Shown: positions 25,121 to 39,109 of the stretch, in pieces | Numbering within the stretch: position 1 is the first letter of the stretch | How the letters are laid out: each line of letters opens with the position of its first letter | Assembly (NCBI GenBank): GCA_003971905.1 | Contig: RSEE01000039.1 | Span: 558,001-620,520 of the forward strand | Origin: Moniliella sp. 'wahieum' | Lineage: Eukaryota | Direction of reading: 5' to 3' | Length of the DNA stretch: 62,520 nucleotides | Notes under the pieces: model-generated | What the model was told of the DNA's origin: nothing | What the model saw: only the letters and a program-made list of their open reading frames with translations | Databases searched by the model: none | Program-made: the position numbers and the translations under genes

Positions 25121-26714
25121 ATGCTCTCCTCCCCCCACTTTCCGTTGACCCTGCCTTCCGCGCCTTCTCCTCCTTCCACTCACCGCTTCGCCTTTTACAC
25201 CGCCTCACAGTCGACCTGCACGTTTGTGCCTTTCCTCCTCCCTCCCTCCTCCCTGCGCACCTACCACTCCATACCTCTTCCTCTCCTGCACATCCCTCCT
25301 ATTCGTCCTCCTCACACGGCTGGGTTGCGCCCCCCTCCCCGCAATTTCGTTACTTCCTGCACCTCGTTGAACGCTTGGCTTTGATTCGCGTTCATGCCTT
25401 GTGCTCAGGCTCCTGCCCCCCCACGGCCGGGGGCTTGTTGGCACCTACGTACCGGGCGGTGACCCCTTGTGCTGCTTCTTCCCTCCCACTTCCCTGCGCG
25501 CCGGCAGCCACCGTGCTTTTAGGGATGTATTTATCTTACAGCTGCAGGACGTGTGGGAGGACGGGGGGGGATACGGTCTGCCTGGCTTATCGGTCCTAAG
25601 GAGGAGGCGAGGGTGGGAGACAGGCAGCGGGATGCTCTACCCTCTTCCTCTTCCCCTACCCCTACCCCTATCCCTACCGCCACCCCCCCACCCCACCCAC
25701 TCGCCCTCGTCCCTTCTCACTTCCGCCTCACCTCTTTCTTCTATCTGATCTCAACCTCTCCTCCTTACCCCTCGCCTCGCACCAATTTCACCCCCCTCTC
25801 CCTTTTGCGCTAATTTCACCCCTCCCCTTACCCCACTTGGGTGCTTCTTCTCTACTCCTCATGCCTCCTGTCCTGCTTAGGCGTGTACGTCGTTTAGTTT
25901 CACCCTGCACGCCCGCACGCGGATGTTGTTGTTGATTCACCTTCGTAGACCCCTCTCCCCCCCTGCGCTAGACGTCCGACGACGATTAGCCAGCATCGAG
26001 CAGCACATGGCAATCCACCTCCACCCGCATTCACCTACCTCGCCCCCACGGTTGGGTCGGTCTGCTCGCAGAAGGCCGGCGGCTTCCCGCGCCCCAGTCT
26101 TGGTGGTTGCGTGATGAGGGGAGCGACGCTTGGATGGGGTGGGCCACGTCGCTTCCTCTTCCCCACTCCTGATCGATGATCCCATCCTGTTCGTATGTAT
26201 GCAGTTTTCAGGCGTTCCACATGGGGGGCATGTTTTTGAGGCCAGCGAACGATGGCAGACGGAGCAGTGAGAAGTCCTGAGGCTCAATACATTGTTCGAT
26301 TTCCCTCCTGTTGGAATCACATGCTACCGACAGGACGGTCTCCCCGGTCAGAGTAAGCTGGCCTGAGGAGAATCCGAGGCGGGAGCGAAGGGCGGCGGAA
26401 GCAGACAGACGCAGACCGAGGTAGACAAGCCAGGCTGGGGCTCCCCTTGGAGAAGGGCGAAGGTGGCGCTTGCCATCGGCAGACCGTGAGGCCTGCTAGA
26501 TCAGGCATGGATGGCGTGCCACGTGCCACAGGCCCCGCCCCCGACCCAACCAAGCGTCAAATCTCACATTTCAAAACCCAACGTGCGAACTTGGTTGAAA
26601 GTTGCAACATGGAATGCGCCTCTTTGCCGTCGTCGGAAGATGACAGCTCCCAGCATCCGGTCGTGTCCTCTCTGATCCCACCCGCTCGCCCGCCCGCCCT
26701 GCGCCTTGCCCACC

Positions 26715-27184
26715 ATGCCTCCCCCCTCGCGCGTGCTTCCGCCCGCGCCACGGCGGCCGTTCCCCTGGTTTCTCACCATTGTTACCTCGATTGCCATCGT
26801 CGGTCCGGCCTGGTACTTCCACACCTCCCTCACTCCCACCGAGGAGGAGACCTATCGCGTACGTACCCTCCTCCCTCCCCCCTCCCTCCTCGTTCACCCG
26901 AATGCCTCCTAACACCCATCCTGATCATCATCGTACCAGCGCCTCGCTCCTGACTTGAAGGAGGACGTGCGACGGCGACAAATGTTTGGTGCGGTACCAA
27001 GAGCAAGCCGAGGCAGAGAAAAACGGCACTCCCCTCCGACGAGAAGTGAGTCTTACTCCCTTCCCTTGATCGGTCCCTTCCATCGAGCGAGCGGCACTGC
27101 TGACCTGATTTTTCTTTCTTTGTTTTGCTTTGTTCCGTTGTCCAGTTGGTAAACCCCGAGGGCGCATCAGTCAATTGGGTGTAG
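26715..27184 (+). CDS. CBP4: Cbp4-family complex III assembly factor (3 exons)
   Basis: TM segment FPWFLTIVTSIAIVGPAWYF followed by TPTEEETYR|RLAPDLKEDVRRRQ (family TPT.EE....L.P.L motif). Introns at 26859-26939 and 27046-27145 have canonical sites. Confidence 0.7.
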
Positions 27185-28080
27185 CCTTTACCCAAGCGCA
27201 GGCCTGCCTTTTCCCCCTGCCATCCAGACTGCAGCCCCCATTTTCGATGTTTCCTGTCTCCCCACTCAGTACTCATTCCCGCATCTTTTCCTGGACCCCG
27301 ACGCCTGTCTTGCATTGAATTGATCGATCTCCGGTTCGGGATGGACCACTGCGAATGAGGAATGCTAGGCACATATATATGACCACGTCATCATGCATCT
27401 AGATGACCCACTCTTCTCCCCCCCCCCCCCCCTGTGCCCCGCCCTCCTGCTGCCTGCAACCCACTTTCCTGCATCTTCATTGCTCGAGTGGACGAGTGGA
27501 AGAGGCGACGCGGGGATGAGGTGGGCAAGTGTCTCGGCTTGCATCACTGAGGCTTGTGGGCCCAGGCCAACGTCGTAAGATGCTTTGCGCTGGCCTGCCA
27601 GCTGCCAGCATCGGTGAACGAGCAATCCGTATCTGTCTTGGGTCGCGGTGCGGGGAGGGGCGACAAATAGGGAAGAGGGGTGGCGCAATGGGATGCGGCG
27701 AAATGAGCACGCCCAAAACTTCGTTCAGACAAAAAGCCCAGTGGGCCAGGCCAGGCGCCCGCGTCGGGGGGCGTGGGCGAGGCAAGTTGCGACAGCGAAA
27801 GTGTCACACACGTGATGTGGTATGCAATACCAAACCCCCAAGCAGCCGCCAGTCACCGGTCACCCTACGCGTTCCGCCCAAGCTGCTCATTCCACCCCGC
27901 CCGGGTTTCTTCAGCAGAGCGCAGGAGCAGGACAGGGCCACACTCGCACGGCTGGGGTAGGGTGCTCGGCCAGGCAGTAGGGTTGCGCCATTTCCTGCTT
28001 TGGCCCAACGGAGCGCTGACGCGCCGCCGGCGGAACGCAGCGCCCCCTTTACTGCCCCCACCAACACACCTTCTCGCACC

Positions 28081-29951
28081 ATGGACAACGAGGAGTACGT
28101 TCCCCCGTGCCCCCCTGCGTGCCTGTCACTCACATCATCCACCCCCAGTCTCATCGACTACGAAGAGGAGGTGATTGCCCCCGTCGCCGCTCCCACCACC
28201 GACGCTGCCACCGCCGACGCGCCAGCCGAACAGGACGCCAAAAAGGTCAGCATCACCCCATCTTAGTACCCTTCCCCTCTGCCTTCTTCGCTTCTCCTCC
28301 TTTGGTCACCTATCCTCGGCCCCGATTGTATGCCGGCGCGGGTACGGCTCCCACTCGCCTCTCGTTGCTTGCCCGCCGCCGCGACCCCGGGACACAGACC
28401 GAGCCAGTAGACCGGTCCCCGTTCTCCCCCAACGCGCAGGATGCCAATGCGCATCCTGTGGACGCCAAATGCCGGCTGTGGCTGCCGGTTGTGGATGCCG
28501 CACTTCCTCCCTTTGTTCTTGTGCGGACACGTGTTCCATCGGATGCCGCTACTTGGCCGCGCATTGCATTTTCGGGCTGACGGCATTCCTGTCAGAGGAG
28601 GCGGGCTTCCGCCACCCCTCCCTTCTTCCTGGCCCTCATCGTTGTACAACCTTACTTACCATATCTTCCCAACCTTGTGCACCTACGTTTCGTTCCGCTT
28701 CTTGCACCCAGGGTTCCTATGTCGGTATCCACTCGACTGGGTTCCGCGACTTTTTGCTCAAGCCGGAACTTTTGCGCGCGATCAGCGACCTTGGATTTGA
28801 GCACCCTTCCGAAGGTAGGTTCCCCTGCTCCGCTCCCCGGTGAGGCACCTCTGACCTTTTATCTTATTTCCCACGCAGTGCAACAAGAGTGCATCCCCCA
28901 GTCAATTTTGGGGATGGACGTGTTGTGCCAGGCCAAGTCGGGCATGGGTAAGACGGCGGTGTTTGTGTTGGCGTCGTTCAGCAGATCGAGCCTGTGGACG
29001 GGGAGGTGAGCGTGATTGTGATGTGCCACACGCGCGAGTTGGCGTTCCAGATCAAGAATGAGTTCCTGCGCTTTTCGAAGTACATGCCCGAGGTGCGCAC
29101 TTCGGTCGTATACGGTGGTACGCCGATCAAGGAAGACCAAGCGATGTTGAAGGACAAGGCGCGTTGCCCCCACATTCTCGTCGGGACCCCCGGCAGGATG
29201 AACGCTCTGGTGCGGGACAAATCGTTGAAGGTGACGGGGGTCAAGCACTTTGTATTGGACGAGTGTGACAAGATGCTCGAGGCGATTGATATGCGGCGGG
29301 ATGTCCAGGAAATTTTCCGTGCCACGCCGCACCACAAACAAGTCATGATGTTCTCGGCCACCCTGTCCAAGGAAATCCGCCCGGTGTGCAAAAGTTTATG
29401 CAGAACCCGCTCGAGATCTATGTGGACGACGAAACCAAGCTGACGCTTCATGGGCTGCAGCAGCACTATGTGCGGCTGGAAGAAGCCCAGAAGAACCGCA
29501 AGTTGAACGACTTGCTGGACACGCTCGAGTTCAACCAAGTCATCATTTTGTCACATCGGTTTCCCGGGCCAACCAGCTGGACAAGCTGTTGCAGGAGTGC
29601 AACTTCCCTTCCATTTCGATCCATGGTTCGCTGCCGCAAGAAGAGCGGATTAAGCGGTACCAGCAGTTCAAGAACTTTGAAAAACGCATTCTGGTTGCCA
29701 CGGATATCTTTGGCCGCGGGATCGATGTGGAGCGGGTCAACGTGTCCATCTCGTACGACACTCCCACCGAGGCCGACTCGTACCTTCACCGTGTCGGACG
29801 TGCAGGCCGGTTTGGCACGAAAGGCTTGGCGATCATGTTTGTCTCATCGGAGGAGGACCAGAAGGTGTTGGACGACATCCAGTCTCGTTTCGAGGTCGCC
29901 ATCCCTGAACTTCCCGACACGATTGACTCGAGCTCGTACATGAACAACTAA
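28081..29951 (+). CDS. SUB2: DEAD(DECD)-box RNA helicase Sub2/UAP56
   Basis: [92 protein letters not shown], ending SSYMNN*. Introns at 28095-28148, 28246-28711 and 28815-28878. Confidence 0.97.
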
Positions 29952-30177
29952 GTACGCAATGAATGCGGCAGAACACTGTGCGAAACAACCAGTCCCAACA
30001 AAATTGCGCCATGGGCGCGCCCTGAAAATGGAATGCAGACCGAGGCAGGGTAGCATCGGTCCCTTGTCGTAGTTGGTCGTAGGCGAACACGCTGGTAGCA
30101 AGGCGTAGGGCTTAGGCTGAGCCTTGCTGCCATCCAAAAAGGCTGGGTTGCCTCCCCTCTGCCTCCAAAAGGCAAAA

Positions 30178-30264
30178 AGGTCCCACTGGGATTCGAACCC
30201 AGGTTTCAGGAAGCCAACGTACTGCATCAGAATCCTACTTCCTAACCAACTAGAACATGGAACC
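30178..30264 (-). tRNA. tRNA-Gln(CTG) with a 14-nt intron at 37/38
   Basis: Acceptor GGTTCCA/TGGGACC; anticodon stem TAGGA/TCCTG with TT-CTG-A; intron TGCAGTACGTTGGC; T-arm CTGGG-TTCGAAT-CCCAG; followed by an oligo-T terminator. Confidence 0.92.
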
Positions 30265-30849
30265 ACGGATGGCGGTCGCCTAGTTTGTTTCCCCATCAGC
30301 ACGCTCTCAGCACTGTAGGCAACCATGCCTACCTATGCACGGTCGGTGCACATGGGTGGGTGCATCTCCCCCCACGGGTCTGCATGATCAGCAGATGTCG
30401 CCTGGATCGGTTGATAGCACGGGCGAATGGCACCCCCTTCATCGGCTACCATTAAGATCCCCATCCCTGCATGCGGGCCACAGCCAGACTATAGTATGGA
30501 CCCCTCGGAAAGCACCCCGGGCATCCGACACTGAAGGCTGAAGTGAGAGTTGGACAGCGTCTACGGTGTTGGAAGAGATTAGTATACACACCGTCTTCCC
30601 TTGGGGCTCACATCCGTCGCCTGTACAGCCCAGCAGACAGCAACTGGATCATGACATATGATGGATTAGCGAGAATAGATGACGAAACAATCGTTGAGAC
30701 ACCCGGGGCATCACCAAATAGAGAACATGTATCTCGGATGAATCCAGCGAACAAGAGTTCAACGAGAACCCAATGATTCACCCGAGAAGAGGAAGACTAG
30801 ACTCTACATTGAGACTAATGTGCGGGCACCAAGGCCAACAGAGCAGAGA

Positions 30850-32095
30850 GTGCTCGGTGTGCGGCACTGGGGCGGAGCGGTACGTCTCGAGTCGCAGTTG
30901 CATTACCCGCTCCAACGCAGGCTCTGTTCCAGTGCCACTGGGCGATCTGGGCACCAACGCGGGCCTGCTCGGCGGGGGCGATATGCAGGGAGTGGAGCTG
31001 TCGTGGACTGGTTATTAGGCGGGGTCCAGCGCACCCCCGGTGGAGAGGACAATCATCTGGTCCACTGCCGCCGCGGCACGGGCGGAACGGGTGTAGCGGG
31101 CTGTACCTGGCGAAGCTGGGATGGAGGGAGCCAAGGGACGCCTACCGACGCGCGAAACAGAGCCTGCCCTCGGTCCAACGCGGCTGCCGCTGCGGCCATC
31201 CGTCGCGCCGGCGAGGCGGGTGACACAGTGGAGCGAGCTGGTGCCCCCAAACGCGTGTTGGACCGCATCCAGGTTGTCGCACACAGCCCCTTCCTCCCCC
31301 TCGGCGTCGGCACCAACCGGTCCCCATCCACCCCATACGCACTGGCAAAGGTGTCTGACGGTACGCTGCTACCCGACCATCAGGAAGACAACACCTTGCC
31401 GAAGCACGCCTTGGGCACTGCGATACTGAACTGTCTCTCCTACCCGTGCGTGCCGCGCATCACCCTCTGTCCCTGCCCCTGCCCTGCACCTGCACCGGGA
31501 CTTGGCTTATGCCCCCTCTGAGGCGATTGGTAGGTGAGGGCGCGCGCTTCAACCCAGCCGCTCGCACTTGCGCTTTGAATGCGCTCCAGTCAGGATGCTG
31601 TTCCGATGGGACGGTGGTTGCTTGAGGAATAGCACGTGAAGGGAGGAGGGGCGAGGGAGGGAAGAGACGGGCTCGGGATGAAGGCTGCGCGGAGCGGCAG
31701 GCTTAGGTTTTTTCAGTGCGCTGGGATCGGCACAGCTGAGTGCGGTAAGAGCAGCGAGCATGTCCGCCTCGTAGTCAATCAGGAATGATTCTAACGAGAG
31801 CTGGCGTACCGGGTTGGGCACTCTCTGAACGGCCATAGCGACGGCCATGCGGGACTCGGCTTGCCGGGTCGCAAGCGCCGTTTGGCAGCGGGCGATGTGG
31901 ATGTGGGCTGGACAGGCGGCGCCAGGAGGGGGGCTGGTGAGCAATGGGATGCAGGGAAAGGAAATGAGGGCGGGGGGGACGCACTCTCCAGGTCGTAGTT
32001 TTTCAGCAGCGTGTCGACCTCGTCGTCCGGCAAACTGAGGGCGGGCTGGACGGCCGCGGCGGCGGGGCGTTTGGGCGGGCCTTGGGGGGCGGCAT
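30850..32095 (-). CDS. Borealin/Nbl1-like chromosomal passenger subunit (3' end approximate)
   Basis: EVDTLLKNYDLE|intron|...AVQRVPNPVRQLSLESFLIDYEADMLAAL resembles the Nbl1/Borealin N-terminal pattern; it is followed by low-complexity exons. Confidence 0.55.
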
Positions 32096-32571
32096 CGCAC
32101 GCAGCGAGGCGGTGGTGGGGGCCGGCAGGAGCCAGGCTGGGCAGCGTGGCTCCTACGCCGGGGCGCCGGGCCACATTCAGCGACGCCTGGCCATCGACGG
32201 ACGACGATCCAGCCGACGTGGCGTGCGTGGCCTCCGCCTCAGCCGTCCTCCAAGCGCGGTGCTGTGGCCGGGCTGAGCTTGACGTCAACGTTGACGCGTC
32301 GGCTGGGTGCGGACGCACGCGCACGCGTGGGTCACGTGCCACATCTCCTCGCGTGGCACGTGATATCAATAGCAGGGCGAGTAGTCGAGATGTCACAGCG
32401 CCTATTGCCCCCGTTGCGCTCCTTCGCGCAACAGACTACGTGACCCAGTACGTGCTGCCTGACTGTCTGCTCAACCGTCGTGAATGGCGTGGGCTCATTA
32501 CTCATTGCAGGCGGTGATGGCGGTGCGTGGCGGCGTGAGGGTTCGTAGGACTCACCATCCCGTCACACTCC

Positions 32572-35500
32572 TCAGTCGTCGGCATACGACCGGCGCTGGA
32601 CCACCACCACTTCTTACGCGGCACCGGCGTCGCACCCGTCGGCGCCGCCGTCCAGTTGCCCATCCGGTCCAGCCCATCCCGCCGCCCAGTTAGCACGCTC
32701 TTCCCCGGCGTCGCGCCGACAACACGCCTCCACGGTTGCGGCGCGCGCGGGCGGCCTTGCGAGCCGCAGCATGTCGGTCCCCCGGGCCGAGGAACAGCTC
32801 GGGCGCCCAGCGGATCCCACGCTTCGCCGTTTCCGACGGAGAGCAGAACACCGTCTCCTCCCCCGCGCCACGGCGATGGTGACGGCGCCGGATGCCATGC
32901 GGATCAACGTACCACTGCCCCGCCTCCTTGTCCGAGCCAGACCCATCCTCCTCCGTATCCACCATGTCCTCTTCCTCCGACTCCTCCACCTCATCGTCCG
33001 TGCCCGCACTTGCCTCTTCCCTGTGCAGCAGACGTGCTCTCTTACGAGCCCGTTCGCCCCGCGCCAACTTGGCCTCCTCCTGCCCCTCATCCTCCGGCCG
33101 GCGCGGGATGAAGTGGGTGGGCGACGGCGGCCGAGGCGCATCGACGTACACCTCTTTCCACATGCAGCGTACAATGCACTTTTTTCGTCTGTTTGTGTTG
33201 GCGGCCGTGAGGCGTGCGAGCTCAGGCGCGCTTAGCGCATGGCCTGCCAGCGCCTTGGCCCGTACACTGAGCCCCGGCTTGCGCTTAGACTGGGATTGGG
33301 AATGTGAGGGCGCAGGCGCGCACGCTCGCACCTTGCGCATAGGCCGAGAGGAAGTGGGAGAAGGCGATGGGGAAGTAGGGGTACGCCGTGTTCTCGTTTT
33401 CGCCATTACCTCGGATGACGGTGCCGCACACGAGAACGCAGGTGTCGGGATGGTGGAACTTCGGGAGATGTAACGCGCACGTTTGTATCCCGAGCCAGCA
33501 GGCCTTCAGGCGGGGAACGCTTGCTGGGCGAGACCGAGGTGCTCCGGGAATGCGCGGCGGGTGATTCGGGCTGCGATATAGAGACAGGTAAGGACACTTG
33601 TTGGACCGGCGAGGAAGGTAAGGAGGACGGCTGGCTGGGTACCGTAGGACAAGAGGTTCCCTGCGAACCAGAACGATGTGGCGACGGCGTGGCCGGGGAA
33701 GCAAGGCTGGCTCTGGACGAGACTGGTTCCAGGCCAACCTGAGGCGGGGAGACGGTGGCAGATGAACGACTCACAAAGGAGTCCGACGGGACAGATGGGC
33801 TCAATGGTTGGGTGAGCTCGGAATCCTGCAGGAGATCCAATGTGTCAGTCAAGTATTCTTCTCTCCTTCCCCCTAGGTTCCCCCGTCGGAATAATGGATT
33901 GGACTCGGGACTCACTTTGGGATTGTTGGGGTAGACCTCTTCTCCCCTAACCATGGCCGTTTCGGTGGGAGCACCCGCCTCCCCTGCCACGTCCCTAGCC
34001 GAGATGGTTTTGGCCGACGGGACGTGGCTTGACTCTCCCTCTGTCGGCATCGGTTCGACGGGTGCACCTACAAGTACATGCGCCGTTGGCTCCACGGCCG
34101 AGGTACTGACCATCGTCTGATCCCGATGGATGGGCGAAGGGGCGTCCAGAGCGGGTGAATCGCACTCTGCTTCAACGAGAGGTGGTTGCTTCTCTCTTGA
34201 CCCCCCCTTCCTCGCTGTTCTCGATAACGTCAACTGGAGTAGGGGGAGGGTGAACCCGGGAGGCCAATAGGGGCAGGCGGTCCATAATCGCTCCTCTTTC
34301 CTCAGCCCCGGCTCAGGCTCCGAAGTAAGCTCAGCGGCAGGGGCAGAAACAGTATCGGTTTTCGACGCAGATTCGGACTCGGCTTGAGATTGAGGTTGAG
34401 GTTGAGGCTCAGATTGAGGGGCAGGTTGAGGCTCAGGTTGAGGGGCAGGTTGAGGCTCAGGTTGAGGGGCAGTTGAGGCTCAGGTTGAGGGGCAGGTTGA
34501 GGCTCAGGTTGAGGCTCGGTGAGGAGCGGATTGAGGCTCGGGTTGAGGCTCAGAGGGAACCATGGCGTTGGTCTCATCCGCTGAGCAAAACTGGGCCAAA
34601 GGAGTCTGACCTTCAACCGCCACCTCCACCTCCGCCTCCACCTCCATATCCATCTCCTCCGTCGGCTCAGTCGCCGTGTCCCTGTCCTCTTTCTCCATGG
34701 CCTCCTCAGCCCCTTGACGTCCTGGGGCCACCTTGACGTCCTCGGCCTCATTGACTTCCTGGGCCTCATCGCCCTCCTTGGCCTCATCGCCCTCCTTGGC
34801 CTCATCGCCCTCCTTGGCCTCATCGCCCTCCTTGGCCTCATCGCCTCCTCGCCCTCCTCGACTCCTTGGCCTCCTTGGCCACCTCGCCCTCCTCGCCCTC
34901 CTCGCCCTCCTCGGCCTCCTTGCCTCCTCGGCTCCTTGGCCTCCTCGGCCTCCTTGGCCTCCTCGGCCTCCTTGGCCTCCTCGGCCTCCTTGGCCTCCTC
35001 GGCCTCCTTGGCCTCCTCGGCCTCCTTGGCCTCCTCGCCTCCTTGGCCTCCTCGGCCTCCTTGGCTTCCTCGGCCCCCTTGGCCTCCTTGGCCTCTTCGA
35101 CCTCCTTGGCCTCCTCAACCTCCTTGGCCTCCTCGACTTTAAACTCTTCGACCTCCTTGACCTCCTCGGCATCCTTGACGCCCTCAGCCTCATTGCTTCC
35201 TTATTTTCCCTTGCCTCCTCGGCCTCCCTTGACCTCGGTCACTGCATCTCCTCCTGACCAGGGCCGGGTTCTTGGTGATCCGTTGCCTCCTTCTCCTGCT
35301 CGATGCCGGGACATGGGTGGGAAGCTACGGGTTTACCGGTACGGGGCGATCGTTTTCATCAGTAACTGGGTGGTGGGGCAAGCGAGGCGGGAGAAACGCG
35401 AGTGAGGACAACGCTGCCAAGAGGATGACTCAAAAGCGCGGGCGGGGAAGTGTAACATGGCAGGCTCTCCCTCTGCGGACTCAGCCTCGTCCGCGTTAGT

Positions 35501-38270
35501 ACGAGTAGGAGTGAGGTTCTCTCGGACCGATGGCTGCGCCAGGGAGGGCATCGGTATAGCCGCCAGAGCCAGGGCGAGCTGCAGGTGGTGGGAGCCGACA
35601 CAGGCATTGATGCGGGAGAAAAGCTTGTCCTCCCACTGGAGCCCAAGTTGGCACCGCAATGGAGCTTAAAGGGGCCATAGGGCTAGGGGGGTGTTCCTCT
35701 CCCATCTCCCCACTCGCCTCACCTCCGCAGCCAACGGTGTGAGGGTGAGACTGGGGCTGGAAGGGGTACGTGCGCACCCAAGGAAGAGGCGGATACATTC
35801 GCCTCCAGCTCCTGCCTTGCCCATCTCCATCGTTGCACATGCCTCCCCTTGTGCCGCGCCCACATCCTCCGTTGCCGGTTCGGGTAGGACGGGCGCACGG
35901 TCGCGCCGCCTGATGGGTAACAAAGTGCAAGTCCTGGCGGGGGGGCAGGGGTAAAGCCAATTCCGACGGAGATGGGCCGAGAGGTTCCACAGCCTCCTCT
36001 GGACCGTGTGTGGCACTGGTGACGGGAGCGGGAACAGAGGGAGCGCAGGGGTAGAGGCAGGGGGCAGAGATGGCGACGAAGGGGTTTTGGTATGGGACGA
36101 TTGAGTGCGAACACGACGCGAAACAACGTGGGTGTTCCTGGCACTTAGATGGGAGCTGAGTGGGGCAGAGCAGGGTGAGCGACTGCTTCTCGAACTTGAG
36201 CCCGAGCCGAGCGGGTAAGGGGCGGTGCTTTTGGAGGCGTGCTTGCCCGAGAGGAGGGGATCTGGGCCGAAAGTGCTTAGCGGTCCGAGGGGGGTGCGTG
36301 CTAGTCGAGGGAGGTACCGAGGTAGGGAGACGAGCAGGGATGACGCGCCTGCTAAGTGGCCGCGAGGTAGTTGCCGGTGCCGATCGCGAGGACACACCTG
36401 GACGTGGGCGAACAAGAGGGCGAGGGCGGGGAGGAGGGGCGGACGTCGAAGACGCACTGGACGGTGCAGATCGGATGGAAGAGGCTACCATAGGCGGGCG
36501 TCACGGGCCGTGCGGGCAGAGGTCGATGCGGAGGCGGTCGGTGCGTTCAAACCCCTTGGTGGAGGACGGTGTAGCGGTTCGCGGTGGCTCCTGCACCTGC
36601 TTTTGCACCTGCTGCTGTGACCGTTGTCCAGTCGACCGAGCTATGGATGCAACTTTCCTCACTGATGCCCCGTACCTACGCCGGGGTCGAACCGCCACAC
36701 GCTGGGCTACTCGCTGTGCGCGTGGGGCTCTACTGGACGGGACAGTAGCCTGCACACGGTCCCGTGCAATAGCGGAAGGGCTGCGCTGTGTGACAGATGC
36801 CAGACCTGCTGCGGCGCGGGCGACAGCAGCTCGTGCCGAGGGCACCTCGGCCTGAGGAGCATTTGTTGAGTTCGACCGAAAACCCAGGGCTTGAGAGGCG
36901 CGCGTAGGTGTCCGGCTCTTGGCTGGAGATGGAGTACGAGACCCGACCAGGATCCGCTTGGCTCGGGGGATGGAGTATCCAAGCCCTTTTCAGAACAGGG
37001 GAAAGGCGAACCCAAATTGTCGGGTGCGCAGCATTTTACCGTTTCCGGGCGAGGAGACGAGGTGGCGATTCCCTGCCGAGGAGACAGGGCGGGGACCGGC
37101 TCCGAGGTTTGAACGGCCGTGTCAGATACGACAGGCGTACGTAGCGGTTGGTCGAGTGGAATGGGGAGGCGGACCGTTCTCTCTTCTCATTTGGCAAGGC
37201 AGAAGCGGTCCCAAGGGTCGAGGATATTCCATTTCGTGCCGTTTCCGGCTGAGGAGGGGCGACATGGACTGGTACCGTTTGCGCTTGCTCGTGGGTGCGG
37301 GGGGCTTGGTGGGGGAGAGGGTGCGCAGCAGATTGGCGGACCAGTCGTGCAGAATGGAGTGGGTCGAGTAGCATTTGGTCGCGCTCGGACGGAGGGGGAG
37401 GCGAGGTGCCAGGTGGAGGTTGAGGTTGCCTGGACGGGCGTCCGCGGCTCCCCAGCACGTCGTGCACTGGCATTTCCCAGCTCCTCTATAGGCATTCGCA
37501 TTTTTTGGATCGCGGGAGTCTTGCCCACGCCTGGGGAAGAAAGGATGCTCGATTCCCCCGCCCCGCCGTTAGGATCGAGGCAAGCAACGTGCGTAGAAGG
37601 CAGCAGTGCATGAAGAGGGCTCGGCTGATCAGCCGCCGAGCCGGTGAGCAAGCCGAAAGCGGAAAGAGACGGAGATCCGTGTGGAGACTGAGACAGGTGG
37701 GCCTGTAGCGCCAGTGGGAAGGGGGGGTGGTCACCCTGTCCCTTCGTCCCCTCCTGCTCTGCCGGGCCAAGGATGGGTGTATCAGGACGAGGAGAAGGGC
37801 GGGGGATATGGGAGTGGGACGCATCAGGTTTGCTGTTGGCCTGGCTGGAGTTGGCCAGCTCGTCTGTCTCGTCCTCCCAGTCAAGTTGGTCGGTTTCATC
37901 AAAGTCTGCATCGGTCCCTCTTGGGATGGCCGGTGTGTGGACATCCGACAGTTGGACAAGACGGATGAGGACACGTCGGCGGGGGAAAGGGAGAGGTCTG
38001 GGTTCCCGGGCGGGGTGGAGCATCGGGCGGGACCCGCGATGCGGAGGCCAGCACCCTGGCCAGCGTCTGCTTTGGTAGGAGGATGAAGGAGGCGGGAGGA
38101 GGGGGAGGCGGGGCGAAGGGGGCAGCGATGATGGACGATGGGTCGAGCTGGTCGACGGACAGGCTGTCGTCGAGCGGGGGCAGCGCCGGGGGCATGGGCG
38201 CGGGAGCGGGAGGTGGGAGCGGGCGAGGTGAGGTCGAGCAGGGCGGAGCAGAGCGGGAGAGGGGCGGCAT
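32572..38270 (-). CDS. Very large low-complexity protein with an ordered-looking C-terminal domain (many assembly frameshifts; single-gene status inferred)
   Basis: Near-continuous minus-strand coding-like frames. C-terminal LARLTAANT...RPPSP...RGERARKRAR...HRRGAGEE...GIRW...VVVQRRSYADD*. Internal EAK/EAE and PQPE repeats. Confidence 0.55.
34380..34552 (-). repeat. Coding 12/24-bp repeat (PQPE/PQPA)
   Basis: ggttgaggctca/ggttgaggggca units. Confidence 0.9.
34740..35230 (-). repeat. Coding 9/18-bp repeat (EAK/EAE/EGD)
   Basis: cttggcctc/ctcggcctc/atcgccctc units over ~490 bp. Confidence 0.9.
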
Positions 38271-39109
38271 GCGTGGCGCGCAGGCAGAGGGCAGCGCGGG
38301 GGGGTGCGGCAGCACGCGGTGGTGGTGGTGGTGGCGGCGGAGGCGCTGGTTGGATGCTGGTGTGGCCGACGCATTCGCTTTCGATCGCGGCTTGTGTGGG
38401 CCAGTCGGTGCGCTGTGGTGCCTCGCCCGCAGCGCGTCGCGCGGGGTCACGTGATGCCGGGGGGCCACGTGCTAAGCGCTCCCATACATGCAGCACCAAT
38501 CTCAATACTCCCCGTGACGCGCTATCCAATCTTCAGGCCTGAGCCTCAGGCCTCAGGATTCAACTTCGATGCCAGCGCAACCGACGCTCAGCCCCTTCTA
38601 CGCCCACCCATCTGCAGCGTCCGCTGCGGAAGCAAGTCCGTCGAGAAAGGCATGACGGGTGTTGAGCTGGGTCAGGAGGGCGGGTGACTGAGCGTGGTTA
38701 ATCATTCGTTCATTTATTCTGTAACGGCGCAGAGCAAGGGCAGATCGCACATCGCACAGGTGGTGGTGAAGGGATTGATGGCGGTAACATGCATGCGAAA
38801 GCATCAAGCCATCCACGACCGCGATTTGAGAAAAAGGAGCGAAGGTAAGAGCGAGGGTAAGAACGAGGATACGCAACGTGCCGTCTGTACACCGTCGGGT
38901 GCTTTGCCTTGGGGCAACCCCCTTTTAAACTCGCTATCCGGTGTGCATTGGTACACGGTCAAGTGATCCGTACCTTATAAAAAAGTGTCCAAACTGGTCC
39001 AGGAATAGACAGGGGAGCGTTCAAGGAAATGTTTTCAATGCAAACAAAGTACTAGATAGGGTGCACCAGGGGGTGAGACAGGGGAGCCCTACACTACCCT
39101 CACAGCCGC

